Source: a virus
Taxonomy: Duplodnaviria; Heunggongvirae; Uroviricota; Caudoviricetes
DNA length: 64,000 nucleotides
IMG/VR virus record: IMGVR_UViG_3300021976_000008
Location: 25,164-89,163 of that record
Strand: one strand, 5' to 3'
Within the stretch, counting starts at the first letter, position 1. Every line of letters begins with the position of its first letter. A model generated the notes under the pieces. The model was given only the letters and a program-made list of their open reading frames with translations. It had not been told where the DNA came from and did no database searches. Position numbers and translations under genes: made by a program. This document shows, piece after piece, positions 36,828-45,893 of the stretch.

Positions 36828-37009
36828 TCATGGTGATCGGCGTACCAATGCACGCGCCTGTCGCGGTCGACCTCGTTGATCGGCGGCACGAAGTTCACGT
36901 AGCTTCCGCACTCGTCATGGAACATACGTACCCATCGCCGGACGGTCGGCACGAGCCTGAACCGTCCCCCTCCGCGACCGGTGATCTCCTGATCGCTAAG
37001 CTCCGCCAT
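36794..37009 (-). CDS. hypothetical protein (71 aa)
   Basis: First ORF of the leftward island. Confidence 0.4.
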   Translation of the reverse strand: MAELSDQEITGRGGGRFRLVPTVRRWVRMFHDECGSYVNFVPPINEVDRDRRVHWYADHHDCDANNWMVGG

Positions 37010-37475
37010 CGGGTCGTGACCTCCCGTTAGGTCCGACTCGCCCCGGGCGCTGTGCGATCGGCGCCTGGGGCACTATGCAACTTTGCAGGGTCGAGCGTAC
37101 CGCTTGTTACGTCATCAAGCAACAGCTTCCTTGGACGCGAGACAGCCCGCCGCGGGGACGAGGCGGGCTGTCTCTGGGGGAGTGGTTATGGCCGGAAGGC
37201 AAACCCCCGGTGTCCTGCCGGAGTGTCGCGCCCCGCCACCGCCCCAACCCCAACCGGGCCTCGACAGTAGCCAGGTTGTTGCCGTGATGGTCTATCACGG
37301 CGTCGGATGGGGATCAAGGGGCTGTGGCGAGGAGACCGCAGCGCCTCCCCGCCACAAACCCCAACGGCGAGCACGGGGGCTGGCGGTAACTCCCGTCGCT
37401 CACGCGTCACCCATGCTAACGCTCTGACCGCTCCTCGTCCAACGGCTTGATACGTCATCACACGCCGAGTGAGAC

Positions 37476-37490
37476 CGTGATACGGTATCG
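37476..37490. promoter_or_regulatory. palindromic operator-like site GTGATAC-G-GTATCGA immediately upstream of 37496 gene
   Basis: Member of a recurring GTGATAC-N-GTATCAC family (also 21986-22000, 39701-39715). Confidence 0.4.
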
Positions 37491-37495
37491 AGCCG

Positions 37496-37780
37496 ATGAC
37501 CAGCAAGGCGACGTCCATGCTCCGGGCTCTCACCCCGCCAGCAGCAGCCGGCGATGATGTCGCTCTCAAGCTGAGGGACCGCATGTCGATGGCCCTCGAC
37601 GCCGGGATGGACCCCGACGAGGTGGCCGACGCCGTCCTCGACCAGCTCTTCCATCATCTCGACCACAGCGACTGCGAGTACCACCGCACCGCTCTGCTCA
37701 TGTGGAAGGGGCTCGTGAACTGGGGCATCACCGACGCGTACCTGTACATCAACGATCCAACGAACCATGGGAACACGTAG
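37496..37780 (+). CDS. hypothetical protein (94 aa)
   Basis: ATG 5 nt after an operator-like site. Confidence 0.45.
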   Translation: MTSKATSMLRALTPPAAAGDDVALKLRDRMSMALDAGMDPDEVADAVLDQLFHHLDHSDCEYHRTALLMWKGLVNWGITDAYLYINDPTNHGNT

Positions 37781-37813
37781 CCTGGTAAGTTCACTCCCGG
37801 TGGTGAACGAGCC

Positions 37814-38536
37814 ATGCTGATCGTGGCCGGCGTGATCCTCGCGATCGCGTTGGCAGCCGGGTCACTGGTCGTATCGACGCGCACTCGGCGCTCACAGCAG
37901 GATCTTCAGAGTCGGGTCATGGAGGCCCTTGATGTGCTCGACGCCGAGACCGCTGCGGCCACCGATGCCAAGCGCATCATCAGCGAGGCCCGAGGCGGGA
38001 AGCTGGTGTCGGTTCCAGCGGCGGCATGGCTGGCCAAGAAAGCCGGAGAGAACAAGCGGACCACCGGGGTGTTGCTCGCCCTGGCGATCATGGCGTCGAC
38101 CGGAGTCGGAGTCGTGGCCCATCGGGACCCGAAGCCAGAGCCAACAAGGCAAGAACCCACCGTTGGCCTGACGACCGCTATTCCATCGACTTCGACCACG
38201 ACCGTGCCGTCGAGCACGACGAGCCCCAGCCAGCCGGCGCCGTCGCTTCCCGCTGGCGAGACGACCACGACCACCACGGCATCCACGTCGACGTCACCTC
38301 CGCCTGCGACGACAGCGCCCCTATCCGACGAGCTGCTGGTCCTCGCCAGCCTGCAACTCGGCAACGAGTTGCAGGCGAGTGTCCTGGGGCAGGACATCGT
38401 GCTCCATGATCTGACGGACGTCCTGGCGGGTCAGATCGGGGACGACTTGGCGGGCGCTAAAGAGCTGCTTGACGTGGTCGAGCGCTGCCTCACCGGAGAC
38501 GTACCCAGCCCGACAGAGGACTGCCCCCCGCTGTAG
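37814..38536 (+). CDS. membrane protein with S/T/P-rich linker (240 aa); 3' end overlaps the convergent HTH gene
   Basis: N-terminal TM MLIVAGVILAIALAAG and a second TM; Thr/Ser/Pro tract. Confidence 0.4.
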   Translation: MLIVAGVILAIALAAGSLVVSTRTRRSQQDLQSRVMEALDVLDAETAAATDAKRIISEARGGKLVSVPAAAWLAKKAGENKRTTGVLLALAIMASTGVGVVAHRDPKPEPTRQEPTVGLTTAIPSTSTTTVPSSTTSPSQPAPSLPAGETTTTTTASTSTSPPPATTAPLSDELLVLASLQLGNELQASVLGQDIVLHDLTDVLAGQIGDDLAGAKELLDVVERCLTGDVPSPTEDCPPL

Positions 38537-38716
38537 ACCGCAGCAGTCCTCGATCTGGATGATCTTGCGCAGATCGGGCTCGAAGCGACCCAGCGCCCAA
38601 TCCGACACGGCGCTCTGTTGCACACCAAGCGCTGTAGCCACGTCACGCTGCCGGAGACCGGCACTCGTGTACGCCCAGCGGATGGCTTCGCCCAGCGGTG
38701 ACCTCACGCCTGACAT
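38321..38716 (-). CDS. XRE-family HTH regulator (131 aa as ORF; functional protein may be shorter)
   Basis: LRQRDVATALGVQQSAVSDWALGR HTH; divergent from the 38866 gene. Confidence 0.5.
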   Translation of the reverse strand: MSGVRSPLGEAIRWAYTSAGLRQRDVATALGVQQSAVSDWALGRFEPDLRKIIQIEDCCGLQRGAVLCRAGYVSGEAALDHVKQLFSARQVVPDLTRQDVRQIMEHDVLPQDTRLQLVAELQAGEDQQLVG

Positions 38717-38865
38717 CGTAACGTAACAGTGCAGCCCTTACAACCAGAGCCCCCTTAGCGGGCCTGAGCAGGGAAAACGCCTGCTGCCCATAGGTGCTTG
38801 ACTGTTATGACCGCCACTGCCAAACTGAGCCGCTTATTGACGCCTCTTGGAACCGAGGAAAGCTA

Positions 38866-39162
38866 ATGGCGATCACGGACAGTGCTGTGCGTGACGACCC
38901 GGCGGAAGATGCGGCCGTTCGCATTGCACTGCTGGAAGCCGCTGTCGAGCGCTTGCGTTCGGAGATCGAAGCGTACCGGCGGGCCTTCGAGATCATCAGG
39001 GTGGCTGGCAAGATCATCGCCATGGGAGTGAGCCCCCTGTGCGAGCAAGGCGGCCCCCCGTCCGGATCATCCAGGGGAAAGGATGAGAAACCCCTGAACA
39101 TCGCAGACGAGGGACCGCTTGGTCAGCCCCTGTGGTATCCCGTCTCATCCACCGGGGGCTGA
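38866..39162 (+). CDS. coiled-coil protein (98 aa)
   Basis: GAGGAAAGCTA RBS region then ATG. Confidence 0.45.
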   Translation: MAITDSAVRDDPAEDAAVRIALLEAAVERLRSEIEAYRRAFEIIRVAGKIIAMGVSPLCEQGGPPSGSSRGKDEKPLNIADEGPLGQPLWYPVSSTGG

Positions 39163-39172
39163 GACCTAAACC

Positions 39173-39556
39173 CTATCCGGTCCACTCCTTGACGACAAAC
39201 GCCCGGTAGAGTTCGCGGAAGGCGCCCTTCTGAGCGAGGTTCAACTCGCGCCGGGACATGACGAACGTCTCGAAGTCCGTGTCATCCTCGACGGCGTGTA
39301 GCCGCTTGAAGATGGCCCCTCTCGGCAGCTCGAAGACATCTTCGAGCGCCATGACGTTGTGGATGTGCAGGCCCCCGAAGTGACGGCCGCCGTTCTCCCA
39401 CGTAGAGACGCCCGACTGGCGCATCCCGAGCCTCTCGGCGAGCTGCGCCGCGGTCCAGTCGCGACGCTCGCGCTCCGCCTTGATGAGCGCGCCCAACGCC
39501 GCGGAAAGCTCCAAGGCGTGAGCCTCACGCCGTGCCGCCACGTCTTCACCAGGCAT
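39173..39556 (-). CDS. XRE-family HTH protein with C-terminal domain; candidate immunity repressor (cI-like)
   Basis: WTAAQLAERLGMRQSGVSTWENG HTH; divergent from a promoter/operator region. Confidence 0.5.
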   Translation of the reverse strand: MPGEDVAARREAHALELSAALGALIKAERERRDWTAAQLAERLGMRQSGVSTWENGGRHFGGLHIHNVMALEDVFELPRGAIFKRLHAVEDDTDFETFVMSRRELNLAQKGAFRELYRAFVVKEWTG

Positions 39557-39681
39557 TTTTAGCCCCACTCCTCTTATCTGCATATCGAGGGTCCACAGTA
39601 CGTTATCGCACCGCGACTTGCAACGAGTCCTATGTCACGAATCCTACCCGTGGTAGGGGTCGCGGACTGTGGTCGAGTTGT

Positions 39682-39715
39682 TTGACCAGCCAAAAGGGGC
39701 GTGGTACGGTATCAC
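39682..39715 (+). promoter_or_regulatory. promoter TTGACC-17-TACGGT overlapped by palindromic operator GTGGTAC-G-GTATCAC
   Basis: Hexamers and spacing read from sequence; intergenic between the divergent HTH gene and rightward early genes. Confidence 0.4.
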
Positions 39716-39944
39716 ATCACACAGCACGGATGGTGGATGGAAGGAGGTCAGAGGTGCCGTCTGTTCGTCGCCGACCCCGTGGTTCCGGGGGAGTTACCAG
39801 CGCGTCACTACTCGCCCAGTGTAGGCGATGCGGCGCCACGAGCACAGCTCGCCTGACCCGTCGAGGAGCGACGGTCTACCTTCCCATCGAGAAGGGCCGC
39901 CACGCCGGCTGCGGTGGCTGGTTCCGCCTGTTCAGGAACGTCCC

Positions 39945-40403
39945 GTGAGCGGCGGCAAGGAACCGTTCACCGGAGCGGAGCTGCGCAGGTTCTTCGAGAG
40001 ACGCTACTCGGCGAAGAGCTTACGGCAGACCGGCTCTCACCTCTCGATGGAGTTGCCCGACGGCCGCGTGCTGCGCTGCACGGACGACAAGGGCACCGTG
40101 ACCAAGGTGTTGATGCAGTGGAACGCCAAGGTGCTCGGCGTCAGCTATGCGGAGCTACGGGCTCAGCTCGCTCCGATCCAGAACAAGAACAAGCCCCGCT
40201 TCAGACCTCGTACGCATCCTCCCGCTCGACCGGTGTCGAGGAAGGATGCGCTGTCATGCCTCGATGAGCTGATCGGCGACGCGAGGCAGATCAAGCACCA
40301 GATCTGCAATGGCGACCGGGACCCGTCTGTCTACCGCCGCATCCACGATGCAGCTCGCTCAGCGCGTGGATCACTGCGCCAACACAACCGGGTGAAGAGA
40401 TGA
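39945..40403 (+). CDS. HicA/YcfA-like domain protein (possible mRNA-interferase-type toxin fold), 152 aa
   Basis: TGSHLSMELPDGRVLRCTDDKGTVTKVL resembles the HicA GSH...P.G...TV motif; GTG start. Confidence 0.35.
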   Translation: MSGGKEPFTGAELRRFFERRYSAKSLRQTGSHLSMELPDGRVLRCTDDKGTVTKVLMQWNAKVLGVSYAELRAQLAPIQNKNKPRFRPRTHPPARPVSRKDALSCLDELIGDARQIKHQICNGDRDPSVYRRIHDAARSARGSLRQHNRVKR

Positions 40404-40579
40404 CAGATGGCCCGGTTGACGCGGTGAGCCTCTACGGCGATGACCCGAGCGTCATCCTGGCTGGCCTGACCGATGGCGCCCAACACGCGACTTGCGAGTC
40501 ATGTCGAGACGTGATGCGACGTGCTCACGACCTGATCGAACAACTGCTGCTAGGAAGCGACCGTGGCCTTCAGTCCTAA
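40400..40579 (+). CDS. hypothetical protein (59 aa)
   Basis: ATGA coupling. Confidence 0.4.
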   Translation: MTDGPVDAVSLYGDDPSVILAGLTDGAQHATCESCRDVMRRAHDLIEQLLLGSDRGLQS

Positions 40580-40850
40580 CCTCATCCCCATGACCTGCGG
40601 CAACTGCGGTCGAATTCTTGACTGCCATCATTCGCTCTTCCGGTCGGGGGCGACTCCGTCTGATGGTGACGCCATGTTATGCGCCAAGTGTGGAGCCCTT
40701 GGTGTCTGCGAGGCAGGAGTGCTTCGGCCACCCACACCGGCCGAAGCCAAGCGGCTACGTGGTGACCCCCGGATCGCCATGGCGCTCTTCAGCGCAGCCT
40801 CCATCTCTTCCGTCGATGAGGCGATCAAGCGGTGGGGCAAGTGGACATAG
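40563..40850 (+). CDS. zinc-ribbon protein (95 aa)
   Basis: CGNCG...CAKCG. Confidence 0.4.
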   Translation: MAFSPNLIPMTCGNCGRILDCHHSLFRSGATPSDGDAMLCAKCGALGVCEAGVLRPPTPAEAKRLRGDPRIAMALFSAASISSVDEAIKRWGKWT

Positions 40851-41154
40851 ACCTAGTACAAGGAGATGACGACCATGGCTAACATCGGCCGGCCAACGAG
40901 CGACGAGCCCCTTCAGGTCCCGGCGCCATGGGAGTGGCCTGAGCCCAAGCGCGAGACCACGCCGGAGCCCGAGCGCAAGCCGGAGCAGGTGCCAGCGGGG
41001 GTCTAGGTGTTCTGCTCGATCCTCGAATGTGTTGAGCACGGGCGTCAGGGTGTGATCGGCGTTCAACGGACGCAGGGCTACACCGTCACGCTCGACAACG
41101 GCACTCGCTCAGAGGGCACCTGGCCGGCGACGCCGCGATCGCGATGTCCCATCT

Positions 41155-42546
41155 GTGATGGACGGCTCTCCTTCTACACCTACCCCGGCGGGGCCTGAGC
41201 TTCGCGGTATACGTCAAGCTGAAGAAGATCTAGACAGACTGCGTCGATGGCCACCGGACTCCCTGGTCTTCTCGCCAGACGGAGAGCCATGGTGTCGCTT
41301 CATCGTCGGTACGACAGAGTGCGTCTATCAGGACGCCTGTCTCAATCCCCGTCACAACATCCCGAGCTGTAAGCGCTGTGGTTGGCAGTGGGATGGCTTT
41401 GGCGACCCTCCGCGGGCCTGTCAGAGGTGTAAGTGCTCGAAGTGTGGCTGGCAATATCCAGGCACCAAGGAACTGCCAGATCCATGCAGTGTCTGCAAGG
41501 CGAATCTCTATCTCGAACCCGCCGACCCGAAGGACCCATGGAACGTGGACGTACGAATCAAGCACGATCACTGGGGACGCTACGTTCTCCCCCATCCGAT
41601 CACCGGCAAGGAGACCCACTTCACTCGGGTCACTACGGCGGCAGGTGCTCTTGAAGACACGTACGGGCTCATGGACTGGAAGGCCCGCATGGTCGCCTTC
41701 GGCATGGGTCAACGTGCAGACCTCGTCACCCTTGCTGCATCGGCGAACGGCTCGGATGACAAGGACGTCCTGAACCAGGTAGTCAAGCAAGCGGAGCAAG
41801 CAGCCGCTGTTGACAAGAAGGCAAACATCGGTACGGCACTGCATGCGATGACCCAGCGGATTGACTTGGGCGAGGCCGTGAAGATTCCGCCTGACCATCG
41901 CGACAGGATCATCCGCTACAAGACCGCCGTCGCTCAGCACCGACTGGACTTCATCCCCATCTTCATCGAAGCAGTCGTGTGCGTTCCTGATCTCGGGCTC
42001 TGCGGCACCATGGACCGTGGGGCCATCTGGCCCCACGCTTCCCTACCAGTGATCTATGACCTGAAGACTGGCTCTCTCGACTACATCAAGGTCAAGACAG
42101 CGCAGCAGTTGGCGGCCTACGCCAATGCGACACATCGGTGGGATGGCTCTCGCTGGCACGAGATGCCGCCGTTCAACAAAGAGATGGCTCTCGTCATGCA
42201 CCTGCCAGCCGAGGGCGATGACGAGCCCAAGCTCTACCGAGTGAACATCAGAGAAGGCTGGCGGCTACTAAACCAGGCGATCGACGTGCGCAGCCTGCGC
42301 TCAGGACGGGGCAAGCACCTCTTCACCGAGATCACCGCTGACGCCATTCCGACGCCTTCCGCCAATCGCGAGGAAGAGCTGCGGGAGCGCATCACGAAGA
42401 TCGTGGCGGTCGCTGCGGCGAAGCAGGCGCTGCTCGGCATGTGGCCTCAATCCATGCCCACGCTGTCCGAGGGGGGCCTGAGCGATACCCAGCTCGATCT
42501 CATCGAGGGATGGTGCGGTGAGGTCGAGAGGGAGCACGGGCTATGA
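41155..42546 (+). CDS. PD-(D/E)XK nuclease (Cas4/RecB-like exonuclease) with N-terminal multi-CxxC zinc-finger region
   Basis: CVPDLGLCGTMDRG...VIYDLKTGS matches the D..(D/E)xK core; N-terminal CKRCGW..CQRCKC..CGW..CSVC. Confidence 0.6.
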   Translation: MMDGSPSTPTPAGPELRGIRQAEEDLDRLRRWPPDSLVFSPDGEPWCRFIVGTTECVYQDACLNPRHNIPSCKRCGWQWDGFGDPPRACQRCKCSKCGWQYPGTKELPDPCSVCKANLYLEPADPKDPWNVDVRIKHDHWGRYVLPHPITGKETHFTRVTTAAGALEDTYGLMDWKARMVAFGMGQRADLVTLAASANGSDDKDVLNQVVKQAEQAAAVDKKANIGTALHAMTQRIDLGEAVKIPPDHRDRIIRYKTAVAQHRLDFIPIFIEAVVCVPDLGLCGTMDRGAIWPHASLPVIYDLKTGSLDYIKVKTAQQLAAYANATHRWDGSRWHEMPPFNKEMALVMHLPAEGDDEPKLYRVNIREGWRLLNQAIDVRSLRSGRGKHLFTEITADAIPTPSANREEELRERITKIVAVAAAKQALLGMWPQSMPTLSEGGLSDTQLDLIEGWCGEVEREHGL

Positions 42547-42953
42547 CCGGTGCTCTGGCTCGTGTCTACGAGTCGCTAATGAGAGAAGCACAGTTTGAGA
42601 GGCTGAGGAACTACGCCGAGGCGATCGGGTTGCCGAGAACCAGAGCGGACGAGGTAATGGTACACCTCGTCGCCCGGCGACAACGGGTGGAGTCATACGA
42701 GGCGGTAGCGCGTCAGTGCCTCATGGCTGAGGTGGCGTACCGAGTCGGGGCTTTCGACATGGGCTTGGGTTCGCTAGTCGCTTCTTCGATAAATGCCGCG
42801 GCAGCCATACAGGCGGTCAGCGGAGTCCTCGGCAACTCTGACCAGATGGCCTACGACGCTAGCCCTGATGATTGCTGGCGCTGTGATGCCAAGCCCGCCG
42901 ATGGGGCACTCGGGCTATGCACAACTTGCCGGCGGGATCTGACGGAGAAGTGA
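42543..42953 (+). CDS. hypothetical protein (136 aa)
   Basis: ATGA coupling. Confidence 0.5.
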   Translation: MTGALARVYESLMREAQFERLRNYAEAIGLPRTRADEVMVHLVARRQRVESYEAVARQCLMAEVAYRVGAFDMGLGSLVASSINAAAAIQAVSGVLGNSDQMAYDASPDDCWRCDAKPADGALGLCTTCRRDLTEK

Positions 42954-43147
42954 GGGCTCGGTTTCGACGCCCACACATAGAAGGTAGCCGTTGGCGTTAT
43001 GGATTACTGATGACGCACTACGACGAGGACACGCAAACCGCTGCCATCAAGGACGACAACACAGGCGGACTCTACGTCATAAGCCGAGAACATGTGCAGG
43101 TGCAGGGTAAAGGCCCACGAGGAGGAGCTAAGTGGTTGCCACTCTAG
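42950..43147 (+). CDS. hypothetical protein (65 aa)
   Basis: GTGA coupling. Confidence 0.35.
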   Translation: MRARFRRPHIEGSRWRYGLLMTHYDEDTQTAAIKDDNTGGLYVISREHVQVQGKGPRGGAKWLPL

Positions 43148-43347
43148 CGAGACCGCTCGATGCCACTAGCGACGGCGATGAGGAGATCGACCACATCGTC
43201 TGTTGCATCGATGACGACGTTTCTTTCTGCGGGGAGGACGTTGAAGGTGCGGTGTGGATTACCGATGGTCCCGCCGTCGCCTGCCTTGCCTGCCGCGAAG
43301 TCGACCGACGAACCAGTGGATGTCCATTCGGGAAGAAGTGCCCCTAG
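43132..43347 (+). CDS. zinc-finger protein (71 aa)
   Basis: CCIDDD..FCGED...CLACRE. Confidence 0.4.
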   Translation: MVATLARPLDATSDGDEEIDHIVCCIDDDVSFCGEDVEGAVWITDGPAVACLACREVDRRTSGCPFGKKCP

Positions 43348-44009
43348 TGACCGTCTACGACCTCGCTGAGCCCATCGAGGCATATCGCTGGTGGCGGAGC
43401 ACCCCACTGTGGCAGCCGGCCGCTCAAAAGCTGGCCTCAGTCTCCTTCCAATTCGTCTGGGACAGGGAAGTCACCGCTAGCCCCTGTCATACGACCGCCA
43501 TACGGTACAACTTCGGTCCACGAGCCTTGCCGGCATGTGACGGGCCGCCATGCTCTGAGCCCAAGAGCGACCAAATCAACGCTCGGCAGTCCTTCTCGAT
43601 AGCCAGCGGCTGTGGGATATACGCCCTCAAGACTCTGACAGATGCGCTGCTCCAAGTCGAGAGCGGCGGGATACTCGGGAAGGTGCTCCTTGGCGGGAAG
43701 GTGTGGCCATACGAGAAGGGCTATCGCGCCGAGAAGGCACAAATAGTCGGCCTCTATCCGCCTAGCGCCTTCGAGCGATACAACAGGTACTTCGACGACA
43801 GGATGTTTCTGACGTTGAGCTGCCCGGTTGAAGAGCTGGCACATCGCTACGACGTGGAAGTGCTAGAGCCGACGAGCGGCGAACACGAAGGCATCCTCTA
43901 CGCAGCCGAGGCACACTTCGTCGCGTCACGCGTGGGTGCGGCGGTTTCGGCTTCGCGGTACTACAGCCATTCACGGGTCTACAGCCAGACCAGAAAGTTT
44001 CCCTGGTGA
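43347..44009 (+). CDS. hypothetical protein (220 aa)
   Basis: GTG start overlapping the upstream TAG stop. Confidence 0.5.
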   Translation: MTVYDLAEPIEAYRWWRSTPLWQPAAQKLASVSFQFVWDREVTASPCHTTAIRYNFGPRALPACDGPPCSEPKSDQINARQSFSIASGCGIYALKTLTDALLQVESGGILGKVLLGGKVWPYEKGYRAEKAQIVGLYPPSAFERYNRYFDDRMFLTLSCPVEELAHRYDVEVLEPTSGEHEGILYAAEAHFVASRVGAAVSASRYYSHSRVYSQTRKFPW

Positions 44010-44377
44010 GCGGCAGCAAGTCTCGCCGCAAGGGAGACAACTACGAACGCGATGTCGTCACGTATCTGAACTCGATCGGTCTGCCTGTGCGTCGAGCAAA
44101 GCGGGGCAACGACACGGGCGACATCCTCGGGACTCCAAGGCTCGTCCTTGAGTGCAAGGACGCGGTGCAATTCAAGTTGGCCGCTTGGGTTGATCAGATG
44201 CAGGTCGAGAAGTTAGCAGGCAACGCTACCTTCGGTGCCGTCATCGCAAAGCGGCCCAGGAAACGAAACGTTGGCGAGCACTACTTCGTGATGACCGTTG
44301 AGGACGGCCTGCTGCTCTTGCAGCAGGCCGGCGTGATCGAGCTAGCCGAGCCAGAGGCTCGTCATGGCCTTACATGA
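44006..44377 (+). CDS. Holliday-junction resolvase-like endonuclease (Hjc/PD-(D/E)XK type)
   Basis: KGDNYERDVVTYL...GDILG...LECKD resembles archaeal Hjc / actinophage resolvases. Confidence 0.5.
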   Translation: MSGSKSRRKGDNYERDVVTYLNSIGLPVRRAKRGNDTGDILGTPRLVLECKDAVQFKLAAWVDQMQVEKLAGNATFGAVIAKRPRKRNVGEHYFVMTVEDGLLLLQQAGVIELAEPEARHGLT

Positions 44378-44606
44378 TGAGGATATCGCCACCATCATCA
44401 ACGTCGAGATCGGTGATGAAGGCATGGCCGATCTGCTGGCCATGGTTGGCCTTGAGTCATCGGGCAACTCCGTAGACGACATGAAAACCATGGCTGGGGC
44501 GATGGGCGTCGAGGCCGAAGATCTGCTCTATGCGTTGTTCGTCAACGAACCTCTCTTTGATGACGACACATGGACGAACCTGACGACAGGGGATGGATCA
44601 TCATGA
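44364..44606 (+). CDS. hypothetical acidic protein (80 aa)
   Basis: Coupled ORF. Confidence 0.4.
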   Translation: MALHDEDIATIINVEIGDEGMADLLAMVGLESSGNSVDDMKTMAGAMGVEAEDLLYALFVNEPLFDDDTWTNLTTGDGSS

Positions 44607-44887
44607 TCGTGTTGAAGATAGTTGGAATCCTCATTGCGACAGCGATCATCGCATATGCGCTTTACCTGCCCATCATCGCTGAACGCAAGCGTCAGGGGAT
44701 CGTCAAAGTGGGCGCTGATCTCATTCCCCCGAATCGATTCTTGGTGGTCTACACCCACGATCTCCAAGCAACCCGTTGCCTTGAGCGGGTGCTCCAACAA
44801 GACCGCACTCTCGCAATCCTCAGTGATGAGGATCGAGTGGAAGCGGAACGCCTAGTCAAGGCGTTCTACAACGACAAAGGAGATTGA
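44603..44887 (+). CDS. membrane protein (94 aa), NfeD-like partner of the SPFH protein (inferred)
   Basis: TM MIVLKIVGILIATAIIAYALYL; immediately upstream of the SPFH gene. Confidence 0.45.
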   Translation: MIVLKIVGILIATAIIAYALYLPIIAERKRQGIVKVGADLIPPNRFLVVYTHDLQATRCLERVLQQDRTLAILSDEDRVEAERLVKAFYNDKGD

Positions 44888-44891
44888 GCAC

Positions 44892-45893
44892 GTGATCTGG
44901 TTCATTAGTGCCGTGGTTCTCTTGCTCTTCGCTGTGGGCTGCTTGGCCGCTCCTGGTATCCCCGCAGAAGAGAAGGTGGCGTCCCGCGTCATCGGTGTCG
45001 TGCTGGCCCTGATCGCGTTGATCTTCCTCGCCGTGTCGGGCTCGTACACGCAATCGACCGGCGAGACCGTGCTCATCCGCGGTGCCGGCGGCAACGTCAT
45101 CGACACCGACAGCACCTCTGGCTTCGGGTGGACGGCGCCATGGAACAAGCGAGAGAAGTGGGACACCCGCCTGCAACGGATCGAGCTGGCCGGCAAGGGC
45201 GATGATGTCGATGGCCCGGCGGTCCCGGTCCCGAGCCTCGGCAACGACGCTTCGATCAACGTGGCGCTCGTCTACAACATCGAAGGCGAGAGCGTCGAGA
45301 AGCTCGACAACGAACACCGCGATCAGGGCAAGCTCGAAGACAACCGCCTGCGGCTCGCCCTTCGCGACGTCACGGCGACCGTCGGATCGGACTACAACGC
45401 GGTCGAGATCAGCGGGCAGCGCGATGAGCTACAAGAAGAGCTGACGCGACGCCTGAACGAGGAGCTGACCGAGGTCGACGTCGAGCGAGTCGAGGTCGGC
45501 GACATCAACCTGCCGAAGTCGACGCGGGACGCCCTCGACCGGGTGAACCAGCGCCAGCTCGAAGTCGAGGAAGCTCGGGCCAACCTCAACACGGTTCGGA
45601 TCAACGGCAACGCCAGGCGAGAGGAATCGCTCGCCGACGCCGACGCCGACCAGATCGCCCGCTGCGGAGCCACCGTCGAGAGAGTCGACACCGAGGTTGC
45701 CGGCGCCACCACCGAGGAGATCATCGTCACTCCGATCCCCAATGCGCAGTGCCAGAACCGGCTCAACGAGCAGGTGCTGATCTCGAAGTGGATCGACGCC
45801 ATGACGGAGATGAGCAAGGACGGCACGGTCTTCGTCCTTCCCGATGACCCGAGCCAGATCCTTCAGCTCCCCGTGCCGGCGGTGCAGGAGTGA
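44892..45893 (+). CDS. SPFH/Band-7 (stomatin/prohibitin-like) membrane protein
   Basis: N-terminal TM then the SPFH-like block TVLIRGAGGNVID...INVALVYNIEG and a long coiled coil. Confidence 0.55.
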   Translation: MIWFISAVVLLLFAVGCLAAPGIPAEEKVASRVIGVVLALIALIFLAVSGSYTQSTGETVLIRGAGGNVIDTDSTSGFGWTAPWNKREKWDTRLQRIELAGKGDDVDGPAVPVPSLGNDASINVALVYNIEGESVEKLDNEHRDQGKLEDNRLRLALRDVTATVGSDYNAVEISGQRDELQEELTRRLNEELTEVDVERVEVGDINLPKSTRDALDRVNQRQLEVEEARANLNTVRINGNARREESLADADADQIARCGATVERVDTEVAGATTEEIIVTPIPNAQCQNRLNEQVLISKWIDAMTEMSKDGTVFVLPDDPSQILQLPVPAVQE

